A stretch of 64,000 nucleotides of DNA from contig JAQUQW010000001.1 in the NCBI GenBank assembly GCA_028716245.1, positions 104,793-168,792 of the forward strand, written 5' to 3'. A program made the translations under genes and the position numbers. Below the pieces are notes generated by a model, which worked only from the letters and a program-made list of their open reading frames with translations, did not search any database and had not been told where the DNA came from. This stretch comes from Candidatus Omnitrophota bacterium. Its GTDB lineage: Bacteria > Omnitrophota > Gorgyraeia > Gygaellales > Profunditerraquicolaceae. How positions within the stretch are numbered: position 1 is the first letter of the stretch; every line of letters starts with the position of its first letter. Below are positions 9,934-18,984 of the stretch, piece by piece.

Positions 9934-11175
9934 ATGAAGAACAGGATTGAGGGGGCTCTTAATTTTTTGATTTATTGGTCGATTATAATATTCCCTTTTT
10001 CTATCAGCATCTCTAACGGTTTTATGAATACTTTTATGGGGCTTATTGTTGTTGCCTATTTGCTGAAGAAAATAATAAGAAAAGAATGCCTATTTCCAGG
10101 AACAAATATAAATATTCCGCTGCTGGCATTATTTTTAATGACTGTTTTTTCACTTTCATATTCTGCTTATCCGAAAGATACGGTTAAGGGCGGGGTATTG
10201 AGGCTTTTGCAATATATAATTATGCTTTTTGCGCTTATAGAAGAGCTAAGAGATAAGAAGCATATCTGGAGGATAATTTTTGCCATTCTTGCCGGCTTGG
10301 TATTGGTTTCAATAGATGCGGTTTGGCAGGTAGGTACGGGAAAAGATTTTATGAGAGGGCATGCGCCGATAATAAATATAGGCTTAGCGCGGGCGACTGC
10401 TTCATTTAGCGATGCCAATATTTTTGGGGTTTACATAAGCGCGATCGCGCCTTTGTTTTTTGGTTTGGCCATATATTATTTTAAGGGTTGGAAGAAAGCG
10501 TTATTCGGGGTATTTAGTTTATTAGGTTTAACCGGAATTACTTTAACATATTCTCGGCCCACGTTACTTGGAACATATTTAGCTTTATTATTTTTAAGTA
10601 TCGCCAGAAGAAGTAAATGGTTGATAACGTTTTTAATTGTGTTTATTTTGATCGCTCCATTTTTACTGCCTAAATCAGTGAAACAATTTGCTAAAGAGGT
10701 TAATTACAATCCGATAAGGTTTATGTGCAATGATGACCGGATCGCGATATTCAGGAATTCAGTAAAAATGATTAAGGCCAGCCCGATTATTGGCCATGGC
10801 GCGAATACTTTTATGAAGAATTATAAGCAATATAAAGAAAATCCCGAATATCTTCGTATCGTTACAGCTGACTTTTTGTACGCGCACGATAATTTCCTGC
10901 AGATGGCCGGAGAGATTGGTTTAGTAGGGCTGGGGATCTTTCTTTGGCTGCTTTATGAGTTATTTAAGGGGTGCGCCTATATATATAGACAGCTTAAAGA
11001 TTACCAGTTTAAGATTATTTTTCTTTCTTTGGTTGCTTGCATACTTGCTTTCCTGGTCAATGGATTGACTGAAAGCAGTCTTTATTCTTCGCACGTTACG
11101 CCGATCTTCTGGTATTTAATTGGTTTTTCGTTTGCATTTAAAAAGTTTATCGCCCCGGATGAAAAATCAAATTAG
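9934..11175 (+). CDS. O-antigen ligase/polymerase family membrane protein (Wzy_C-like)
   Basis: AAGGAGAG RBS then ATG at 9934. About 10 TM segments with a large loop containing H..N motifs. Confidence 0.5.
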   Translation: MKNRIEGALNFLIYWSIIIFPFSISISNGFMNTFMGLIVVAYLLKKIIRKECLFPGTNINIPLLALFLMTVFSLSYSAYPKDTVKGGVLRLLQYIIMLFALIEELRDKKHIWRIIFAILAGLVLVSIDAVWQVGTGKDFMRGHAPIINIGLARATASFSDANIFGVYISAIAPLFFGLAIYYFKGWKKALFGVFSLLGLTGITLTYSRPTLLGTYLALLFLSIARRSKWLITFLIVFILIAPFLLPKSVKQFAKEVNYNPIRFMCNDDRIAIFRNSVKMIKASPIIGHGANTFMKNYKQYKENPEYLRIVTADFLYAHDNFLQMAGEIGLVGLGIFLWLLYELFKGCAYIYRQLKDYQFKIIFLSLVACILAFLVNGLTESSLYSSHVTPIFWYLIGFSFAFKKFIAPDEKSN

Positions 11176-11182
11176 GAATATT

Positions 11183-11955
11183 ATGAAAAAAATAGCTGTG
11201 TTATTATCTTCGGTAATTATTTTACTGGGGGTTTTTATTTTTCCTGGCTTTCCCCAAGGTATACTGTCCCTATTTTGATGTATCACAATATTAGCTATGA
11301 AAAGAGTAGTTCCTGCGTTACTCCGGAGAACCTGGTTAAGCAGATGGAATATATTAAGAGGAACGGCTATGATGTGATCACTTTAGATGAATTAGCCGGG
11401 AGTATTAAAGACAAAAGGCGCCTTAAAAGAAACAAGGTTGTGATTACTCTGGACGATGGGTACGAAGACAATTTCAAATATGCCTATCCTGTTTTTAAAA
11501 AATTTGGATTTGCCGCTACAATATTTCTCCCTACGGATTATATGGGAAGGAAAGGGTATCTAACTTGGGACCAGATCAGGCTGATGTCCAAGGATAAGAT
11601 TTCTTTTGGCGGCCACACTAAAACACATTTGTATCTTGGTTTGGTAAATGATGATAAAATCTTAAGAGAAGAGATTGCCGGCTCAAAAAAAACAATCGAG
11701 CGGGAAACAGGGGTACCGGCGGATTATTTTTGTTATCCTATCGGTGGATTTAACGAGAGAGTAAAAGAAATTGTCAAAGAAGCAGGTTATAAAGGCGCCT
11801 GCACTACAAATCGCGGAACTAATAGCTTTAATCGAGATATCTATGAGCTTAAGAGAGTCAAGATGACTAATTTTGACATGGATAAACCTTTTTCTTTCCG
11901 GCTAAAGCTTTCAGGATATTATAATTTATTCAGAGGCAGGCAAGATTCATATTAA
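11183..11955 (+). pseudogene. Polysaccharide deacetylase (NodB family) with a +1 frameshift in its N-terminal anchor
   Basis: ATG at 11183 (frame 2) encodes a signal/anchor that stops at 11278. Frame 1 from 11176 encodes FYFSWLSPRYTVPILMYH, matching paralog 13895 (FYFLWLYPRFTVPVLTYH). The shift lies at the GGGGGTTTTT run near 11226-11235. Confidence 0.5.
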
Positions 11956-12103
11956 TAACATAGACAGTGTAGCTAACATCTTGGAATGTAAAGAGATATA
12001 GAACAAATATTTTAGATACAAAGAGTTTTTGTTAGATTTTGGCCTTTTCTGCGTCAGTTGTAGTAGGAAGAAAATAAAAAACGTAGAAAAGGGAGAGGAT
12101 AGT

Positions 12104-12934
12104 ATGGAGACAAAAATAGCAGTATTTAAAGGGAAAGGGGTACGGAAAGCCATCCATAATAATGAGTGGTGGTTTTCGGTCGTGGATGCGTGTGGGGCAT
12201 TAACGGATAGTCTTGATGCAGGCGCTTATTGGCGTAAATTAAAACAAAGACTAAAAGAGGAAGGTAGTGAGGTCGTGACATTTTGTCACGGATTTAAATT
12301 AGAAGCGCCTGATGGTAAAAAATACGAAACCGATTGCGCTAATACAGAAGGCATTTTTCGTATTATCCAGTCAATTCCCTCACCTAAAGCTGAACCATTT
12401 AAGCGGTGCTTGGCAAGGGTTGGTTATGAACGTATCAAAGAAATAGAGGATCCGGAATTAGCCACTAAGAGGACCCGTGCCTTATACAAGGCGAAAGGTT
12501 ATAGCGATAATTGGATTGAAAAACGGATGCGCGGTATTGCTATTCGTGAAGAACTTACGGATGAATGGCAGAAACGCGGGGCGCAAGAGCAAAAGGATTA
12601 CGAAATTTTAACGGCAGAAATCTCAAAAGCTACCTTTGGAATCACGCCCAGCCAGTATAAGAAGATAAAACGGTTAAAACGTGAAAACCTACGTGACCAT
12701 ATGGATGATTTAGAACTTATCTTTACAATGCCTGGAGAAAGGGCAACTACCGAAATTCACCGCACTGAAGATTCGCGGGGTGTGCCTAAGCTTAAATCCG
12801 ATGCCAAAGCAGGAGGAGATATTGCCGGTAATGCCAGAAAACAGTTGGAAAAAAGAATAAGAAGGTCTATTGTCTCAAAAGATAATTTCTTAGAGCAATC
12901 TAAAAAGTTAAAAAATTGCCTTATAAATAATTAA
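12104..12934 (+). CDS. Bro-N/ORF6N-like domain protein (phage antirepressor/DinD-like)
   Basis: GGGAGAGG RBS. N-terminus KIAVFKGKGVRKAIHNNEWWFSVVDACGALTD fits the Bro-N pattern. Confidence 0.4.
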   Translation: METKIAVFKGKGVRKAIHNNEWWFSVVDACGALTDSLDAGAYWRKLKQRLKEEGSEVVTFCHGFKLEAPDGKKYETDCANTEGIFRIIQSIPSPKAEPFKRCLARVGYERIKEIEDPELATKRTRALYKAKGYSDNWIEKRMRGIAIREELTDEWQKRGAQEQKDYEILTAEISKATFGITPSQYKKIKRLKRENLRDHMDDLELIFTMPGERATTEIHRTEDSRGVPKLKSDAKAGGDIAGNARKQLEKRIRRSIVSKDNFLEQSKKLKNCLINN

Positions 12935-12935
12935 A

Positions 12936-13889
12936 ATGATTAAAAATATACTTGTTGTTCGCAATGACCGGTTCGGGGAGTTTTTGCTGAATATCCCGGC
13001 AATGCGCGCGCTGAAAGAATTATATCCACAGGCAAAACTTACTTTAGCGGTAGATTTCGCGGTTTGCGAATTGGCAGGGGCGGTTGAATGTGTTGATGAA
13101 GTAGTGGTTTGGGATGAGGTTAAGGGTAATTTAAGAAAGTATAAGTTTGATCTTTGTGTTGTTTTAAATCCTACTAAAGAGGCGCATTTGAGTAGTTTTT
13201 TAGCTGGTATTCCTTTGCGGGTAGGCTATGATAGGAAATGGGGATTTCTGCTGACGCATAAATTAAAAGATACGAAACATCTTGGTGACAGGCATGAGGT
13301 AGATTGTAATTTAGAATTAGTTGGATTGATTGGGGCGCGTACGCAAAATAAATCTATTTCAATTAAAGTTGATGAAACTCTTTTTCCTGAACTATCGGGC
13401 CAGGAGATTATAGCAATACATCCATTTACCAGCGACCCGGTTAAACAGTGGCCGCTTGAGCGATTTAAGGAGTTAGCGCGGAGAATTGCGCAGGAGACCA
13501 AGGTTAAGGTTGTACTAGTAGGTAGATCTGAAGATCGGGGACTGTCCCCGAATGGGGACTGTCCCCATTCGCAGTCGCCTTCAGCGATAGTTCCCTTAGT
13601 TTTAGATGCGGGCGATGGAATTATCGATATGGTCAATAAAACTTCTTTGGTGGAATTAGCCGCGTTATTGAAACGCTGCTCTTTACTTATTTCAGGTGAC
13701 AGCGGACCGGTGCATTTAGCTGCTGCCGTGGGGACGCCGGTGGTGGCGTTGTTCAGGAATGATTTGCCGGGTAAAACTGCGCGGCGCTGGGGGCCCTGGG
13801 GAGATGGGCATATAATTATAGAGAAGAATAATTTATTGATGGTAACGGTTGAAGAAGTGCTTGAAACGATAAAAAAGGTTATCAATTAA
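12936..13889 (+). CDS. GT9 ADP-heptose:LPS heptosyltransferase
   Basis: NIPAMRALKELYP ... DSGPVHLAAAVGTPVVALF motifs. Carries an in-frame 30-bp palindromic-repeat insert at 13537-13566. Confidence 0.65.
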   Translation: MIKNILVVRNDRFGEFLLNIPAMRALKELYPQAKLTLAVDFAVCELAGAVECVDEVVVWDEVKGNLRKYKFDLCVVLNPTKEAHLSSFLAGIPLRVGYDRKWGFLLTHKLKDTKHLGDRHEVDCNLELVGLIGARTQNKSISIKVDETLFPELSGQEIIAIHPFTSDPVKQWPLERFKELARRIAQETKVKVVLVGRSEDRGLSPNGDCPHSQSPSAIVPLVLDAGDGIIDMVNKTSLVELAALLKRCSLLISGDSGPVHLAAAVGTPVVALFRNDLPGKTARRWGPWGDGHIIIEKNNLLMVTVEEVLETIKKVIN

Positions 13890-13894
13890 ATATA

Positions 13895-14710
13895 ATGCGA
13901 AGTAAAATTATCAAAACTTTTGTAAAAGTAATTATAATACTGTTTATATTTAGCAGCGGTTTTTATTTCCTCTGGCTTTATCCAAGATTTACGGTTCCGG
14001 TACTTACTTATCACAGTTTTGATTATGCAAAAGGATTGTTATTCGTATCGCCAGAAAACTTTGAAAGGCAGATGCATTATCTTAAAGATAAAGGTTTTAA
14101 GGTTATCCCCCTGGATGAACTGGTTGAGGGTATAAAAAATAAGAAAAAGTTTGCGCATAACACCGTTGTTATTACTATAGATGATGGTTATGAAAACAAC
14201 TTTACTTATGCCTATCCCGTCCTGAAGAAATATGGTTTTCCAGCGATTATATTCTTAATTACTAATGACATAGGGATCCACGAAAACTTTTTGAATTGGG
14301 ATGAAGTTAAGGAGATGTCTAAGAATAATATTTCTTTTGGCGGCCACACAAAAAATCATATTTATTTGCCTTCAGTAAAGAAAGAAGATGTCTTATGGGA
14401 TGAGATAGCCGGTTGTAAAAAAGCCATTGAGGAACATCTTGGGATACCGGTTGACTATTTTTGTTATCCTTTGGGTGGATTTACGGAGGAAGCGAAAATA
14501 ACCGTTAAGAAAGCAGGATATAAAGGGGCCTGTGTAACTAACCGCGGCGATGATATATTAAATAGGTACGATCTTTATGAATTAAACAGGGTCTCAGTTA
14601 GGAATACCGATCCGTATTTTTCATTTTCTAATCTGCTTAATCCAATCAGATTTCGGGCTAAATTGTCGGGTTATTACAATATTTTTAGAGAAGAGAAAAG
14701 GGGCTATTAA
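13895..14710 (+). CDS. Polysaccharide deacetylase (NodB homology domain)
   Basis: ITIDDGYENNF motif. Paralog of the gene at 11183. Confidence 0.65.
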   Translation: MRSKIIKTFVKVIIILFIFSSGFYFLWLYPRFTVPVLTYHSFDYAKGLLFVSPENFERQMHYLKDKGFKVIPLDELVEGIKNKKKFAHNTVVITIDDGYENNFTYAYPVLKKYGFPAIIFLITNDIGIHENFLNWDEVKEMSKNNISFGGHTKNHIYLPSVKKEDVLWDEIAGCKKAIEEHLGIPVDYFCYPLGGFTEEAKITVKKAGYKGACVTNRGDDILNRYDLYELNRVSVRNTDPYFSFSNLLNPIRFRAKLSGYYNIFREEKRGY

Positions 14711-14789
14711 ATAACCTGCAGGCGACTATCCAGCGCTTAAAAGGCGTGGTGGAGGCGCGGCGCTGGGTTCGGGGAGTGCGGATTTGTGA

Positions 14790-14818
14790 TTGACACCCCA
14801 TTAGCAATGTTCTATAAT
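14790..14818 (+). promoter_or_regulatory. Consensus sigma70 promoter TTGACA-17-TATAAT upstream of the MNT/HEPN pair
   Basis: TTGACA at 14790-14795, 17-nt spacer, TATAAT at 14813-14818. Confidence 0.55.
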
Positions 14819-14858
14819 ATCGAACAGTTGTATTATTATATAGAACAGGAGAAAATAA

Positions 14859-15482
14859 ATGTTGATACCAGCCGGAAGAAAAAATATTTTACAAGTATTT
14901 TTAAAGGATCCTTTTAGGGAAGTTCACCTTAGAGAAATCTCTCGCCTGTCGAAATCTTCGCTTGCCAATGTCGATAATTCCATGCGGCTATTCGTTAAAA
15001 ATGATATGTTTATAAGGCGTGAATTGTCGCACTCGACCTTCTTTAAGCCTAATCTTGAGAACGAAGATACAGTAAAGGTATTTGAGTTTTTAGAGCTTGA
15101 GCGGCGCAAGGTATTCTATTCAAAGAATAAGGGCATCGCGCGCCTGCTTAAAAAGTATACAGACACCATTATAGGACTCTCAAACAAAAAAATTCAACTT
15201 GTTATCCTTTTTGGTTCCGTAGCGAGAGGCGAATGGAAAAAGGGAAGCGATATTGATATACTTGCGGTTATTCCTGATAAAGAAAATGATATCGTTGATA
15301 TATTGAATAAGGCTAAGACTGATGTCAGCCCCCTATTGGAAATACGGCCGATAAGCACCACGATAAGAAAATTCGCGGAAGGTTTTAAGGCAAAAACGGA
15401 GTTCTATGATAACCTGTGGAAAGACCGTATAGTGCTGTATAATGAATTTTTATTCTGGCAGCTGATCAGAGAACGGGGGTAA
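14859..15482 (+). CDS. Nucleotidyltransferase-domain protein (MNT, Pol-beta superfamily) with N-terminal wHTH
   Basis: LFGSVARGEWKKGSDIDILAV GS...DxD motif. AGGAG RBS. Confidence 0.6.
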   Translation: MLIPAGRKNILQVFLKDPFREVHLREISRLSKSSLANVDNSMRLFVKNDMFIRRELSHSTFFKPNLENEDTVKVFEFLELERRKVFYSKNKGIARLLKKYTDTIIGLSNKKIQLVILFGSVARGEWKKGSDIDILAVIPDKENDIVDILNKAKTDVSPLLEIRPISTTIRKFAEGFKAKTEFYDNLWKDRIVLYNEFLFWQLIRERG

Positions 15483-15487
15483 ATAAC

Positions 15488-15988
15488 ATGCCTGCAAATA
15501 TCGAGAAGATATTACGCGGATGCTTTCATCCTAAACAAGGCAGGCCCAATCTTCATAAGGTACCTGTAAATACTGGACGTTCAAAACAGCATATTGATAA
15601 GGCGCATAATAACTTGCGCGCTATGAAACTGATGTTTGATAGCGATCTTTTTGATTGGGCTGTTATTTGCGGGTATTACGCGATGTACCACGCTGTGCTG
15701 GCAGCGCTTTTTAAGATAGGTATCAGGGCGACAGCGCATTACTGCGCCATAGCGGCTTTTAAGGAATTCTATGTTAAACGCGGGAAGGTAAAGCCTGAAT
15801 ATATAGGTTATATCAAGCGTGCGAAACAACTCGAGCAGAAATATGCCGAGTCTTTGGACAAGGCTCAAGAAGATAGAGTCATTGAGCAATATGGCGTTGA
15901 GGTTATTACTAACGATGATGCTGAATGGATTATAGAAGACGCAAAGGATTTTATCCTTAAAATAGAAGAAGTGTTAGCTGAGCAGTAA
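15488..15988 (+). CDS. HEPN-domain protein, partner of the MNT
   Basis: HEPN-like helical segment AVICGYYAMYHAVLAALFKIG. Starts 5 nt after the MNT stop. Confidence 0.5.
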   Translation: MPANIEKILRGCFHPKQGRPNLHKVPVNTGRSKQHIDKAHNNLRAMKLMFDSDLFDWAVICGYYAMYHAVLAALFKIGIRATAHYCAIAAFKEFYVKRGKVKPEYIGYIKRAKQLEQKYAESLDKAQEDRVIEQYGVEVITNDDAEWIIEDAKDFILKIEEVLAEQ

Positions 15989-16037
15989 AATGATTAAGTT
16001 CGGGAATTAGGCAATCGTAAGGTAATGCAGTAAATGT

Positions 16038-16805
16038 ATGAAAGAGGTTACTAAGTTTTTACAGAATTTGGTTTACCACTCTGGATATCTCAAATCGACC
16101 ATAAAAGATGGAGTCGTTTCGCTTAAGCCCTATGCGGAGCAATTGGAGGTTATCCATATACGCATCGATTATCCCGATCCATCTACCTGGCGAAAGAAGA
16201 AATATTGGCATATTTCAAAAGAAGAAATATCTTCGCGGCTGGATGAATGGGCTTTTAAACATCTTATCGATCAAAATGACTACGCTGCCTATCTTGAACG
16301 ATATCGTCCTGTAAAGGCGCGAGGGGAGATTGAGGATATTGATGAGCATATTATGGATACTCATTATCGGCCACAGGCAATAGAGATGTTGCGTCACAAT
16401 AAATTTTTCAATCTTGTATCTTGGACAAAAAAACGCGTTTGTATGAAATACCACCGGCGTTCCAATCTTTATTGGAAAAACGGTGACGAGTTTAGGTTTG
16501 ATTATCGCAATTCTGTTGAAAGTTTATTTATTCGAAAAAATGGTGGAGATAAAGAGGTGATTGGTGTGGGTGGCTCCGGAAGTTCCGGTCAGCGCCAGAT
16601 GCACACCTTCTTTACAGCCGTCTTTTATCTATTGGGTAAAAATTTGCCTCTTCCGCATTATTTATTTAAACAGAACGGCTTTAACGAGTTTGAATATGTC
16701 GGACGAAAATACCGTACAGTGTTAACATCGGGTTTCGGAAGTAATTTTGATTTAGACAAACGTCTCTACATGGAGATTCGGAAGAAGGGTTTCTATTGGA
16801 AATAA
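16038..16805 (+). CDS. Hypothetical protein
   Basis: 255-aa ORF with no recognisable motif. Part of the inserted block. Confidence 0.3.
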   Translation: MKEVTKFLQNLVYHSGYLKSTIKDGVVSLKPYAEQLEVIHIRIDYPDPSTWRKKKYWHISKEEISSRLDEWAFKHLIDQNDYAAYLERYRPVKARGEIEDIDEHIMDTHYRPQAIEMLRHNKFFNLVSWTKKRVCMKYHRRSNLYWKNGDEFRFDYRNSVESLFIRKNGGDKEVIGVGGSGSSGQRQMHTFFTAVFYLLGKNLPLPHYLFKQNGFNEFEYVGRKYRTVLTSGFGSNFDLDKRLYMEIRKKGFYWK

Positions 16806-16811
16806 GAAATA

Positions 16812-17520
16812 ATGGTTAAGTTTGGTATCAGACAATCATTCGACAATATCGAGCAGATTGAAGATAGGTACTCCAATATAAATGTTCCTGTCGAAGTGGC
16901 CTTGCCTTATTACTGGGATATATACGAACCGGTTAGAAGGCATTTAGCTGAAATTGCTGAGAAGATTAAGTCTTATGGCACGGTAGTGATAGGTATACAC
17001 GCTGTTCAAGCTCCTATTACGGATAAAAAATTTAAGATATGGGGAAAAGAAATAGCGGATTTCGCGAAAACTCTCGGCGTTAAGACGATTACATTGCATC
17101 CTAACAATATAAACAAAAACAAAATTATGCAGGAGAAGGCGCTTGAGAACTTGGAATACTTTGTAGATTTGTATAAAAAGGAAATTGTTTTTTTGCATTG
17201 AAACTTTTGAAGGCAAAAGAAGAGTATTTACTCCTGAAGAAATAGTCAGCTTCAATTTACCTATGACCCTTGATACTGCGCATATCAGGGATAATAAAAA
17301 GATATGGAAATTATTCAAAGATTACAAACAAAATATTAAGAACATACATCTTTCAGCTAAAGATGAGAATAAGCAGCATTTACCAATTGATAGTTTTTGC
17401 AAAGAGGTAGTAAGTTATCTTATCGAGAGCAAGTGGGATGGGAACTTGATTTTGGAGTATTTATTCGAATTTCACGACCAGATGCTGAGTGATTTAGAAT
17501 CTCTTAAAAGGATAAAGTAA
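16812..17520 (+). pseudogene. Xylose-isomerase-like TIM-barrel sugar-phosphate isomerase/epimerase split by a frameshift in a T7 run
   Basis: ORFs 16812-17201 and 17185-17520 are in adjacent frames. The junction at T7 (17188-17194) would give ...KKEIVFFCIETFEG... if corrected. Confidence 0.45.
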
Positions 17521-17524
17521 AAAT

Positions 17525-18907
17525 ATGAATTACGCGGTAATATTAGCGGGTGGGGTGGGAAGCAGGTTCTGGCCGTTTTCGCGCGAACTTGAGCCAAAGC
17601 AGTTTATGAAGATTATTGGAGAGGCTAGCCTCCTGCAGGCGACTATCCAGCGCTTAAAAGGCGTGGTTGAGGCGCGGCGAGTTTATATTATCACGAATAA
17701 TATTTATTTTTATGAAGTTAAGGCGCAGGTTGCTAAATTTGGCATTCCCGATACAAATATAATTTTAGAGCCGCAAGGCAAGAATACGGCTCCGGCGGTT
17801 GGGCTTTGCGCGAAGTTAATCAGCCGGATTGATAAAGAGGCCGTGCTTCTGGTTTTGCCTTCGGACCATTATATTAAAAATATAGAGAATTTTAAGAATA
17901 CACTTAAAAAAGCAATTGCCTGCGCCCGGAAAGATTTTCTGGTTACGATAGGGATTAAACCCAGCGTCCCGTCCACAGGATATGGGTATATAAAGGTGGA
18001 TGGAAAGAAAAATGGGCATATCGCGGTTGAGAAGTTTCTGGAGAAACCGGATTTAAATAAGGCAAAGAAATATTTTAAGGATAAGCGATTCTTCTGGAAC
18101 AGCGGGATGTTTATCTGGAAGGCTTCGGTGTTTTTGGAGGAGGCCAGGGAATATTTGCCTAAGTTGCACGCTAATTTACAGCTGATTAATTCGGTAAATG
18201 ATATTCCTAAAATCTGGCCTAAGATTGAGGCGATATCCATCGATTACGGAATAATGGAACATTCTCAGCGCATCGCGCTTATCCCGTCGAATTTTTATTG
18301 GACTGACCTTGGCAGCTGGGACGCGTTGTCCGAAATATTCCCTAAAGATAAAAAGGGGAATATCTCTAACGGGGATACCTTGAATTTAGACAGCCAGGGG
18401 GTATGCGTATTTGCCAGGGGCAACCGGCTGGTTTCAACCATCGGCATTAAAGATATGGTTATCGCGGATACCCCGGATGCTTTATTGGTTTGTCATCGGG
18501 ACAAAACGCAAGATGTTAAAAAGCTGGTGGAAAGATTAAAATTACTTAAGCGTAAAGAGCATCAGGTGCATTTAACCGAGCGCCGGCCCTGGGGTTCATT
18601 TACGATTTTACAGGAAGGAATAGGTTTTAAGATCAAGCTTATTGAAATAGCCGCCCATAAACGCTTGAGCCTTCAGCAGCACAAGAGGCGCGCTGAGCAT
18701 TGGGTAGTGGTTTCTGGTGTAGCTAAGGTTACTAGCGGAACGAAAATATCTTTGGTCAATAGTAATCAAAGTATCTATATTTCAAAAGGTAAAAAGCATC
18801 GCTTGGAAAACACGGCTAATCAACCTTTAAGGATCGTGGAAGTGCAGACTGGCAGCTACCTGGGTGAAGACGATATAGAGAGATTCGAGGATGATTTTAA
18901 GAGGTAG
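17525..18907 (+). CDS. manC: Mannose-1-phosphate guanylyltransferase / mannose-6-phosphate isomerase (bifunctional, cupin C-terminus)
   Basis: AVILAGGVGSRFWPFSR nucleotidyltransferase N-terminus with a C-terminal cupin. Confidence 0.75.
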   Translation: MNYAVILAGGVGSRFWPFSRELEPKQFMKIIGEASLLQATIQRLKGVVEARRVYIITNNIYFYEVKAQVAKFGIPDTNIILEPQGKNTAPAVGLCAKLISRIDKEAVLLVLPSDHYIKNIENFKNTLKKAIACARKDFLVTIGIKPSVPSTGYGYIKVDGKKNGHIAVEKFLEKPDLNKAKKYFKDKRFFWNSGMFIWKASVFLEEAREYLPKLHANLQLINSVNDIPKIWPKIEAISIDYGIMEHSQRIALIPSNFYWTDLGSWDALSEIFPKDKKGNISNGDTLNLDSQGVCVFARGNRLVSTIGIKDMVIADTPDALLVCHRDKTQDVKKLVERLKLLKRKEHQVHLTERRPWGSFTILQEGIGFKIKLIEIAAHKRLSLQQHKRRAEHWVVVSGVAKVTSGTKISLVNSNQSIYISKGKKHRLENTANQPLRIVEVQTGSYLGEDDIERFEDDFKR

Positions 18908-18984
18908 AGATTGGCCTCGCCCGGATGGGCTCGGCACTTCCTCGGGCATTTCGCCCTCGGTCGCTTCGTACTTCGCAATGACGA

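Noticed and set aside
13226-13885. 219-aa ORF on the minus strand
   Set aside because: Entirely antisense to the well-supported GT9 heptosyltransferase. Low-complexity translation. Typical shadow ORF.
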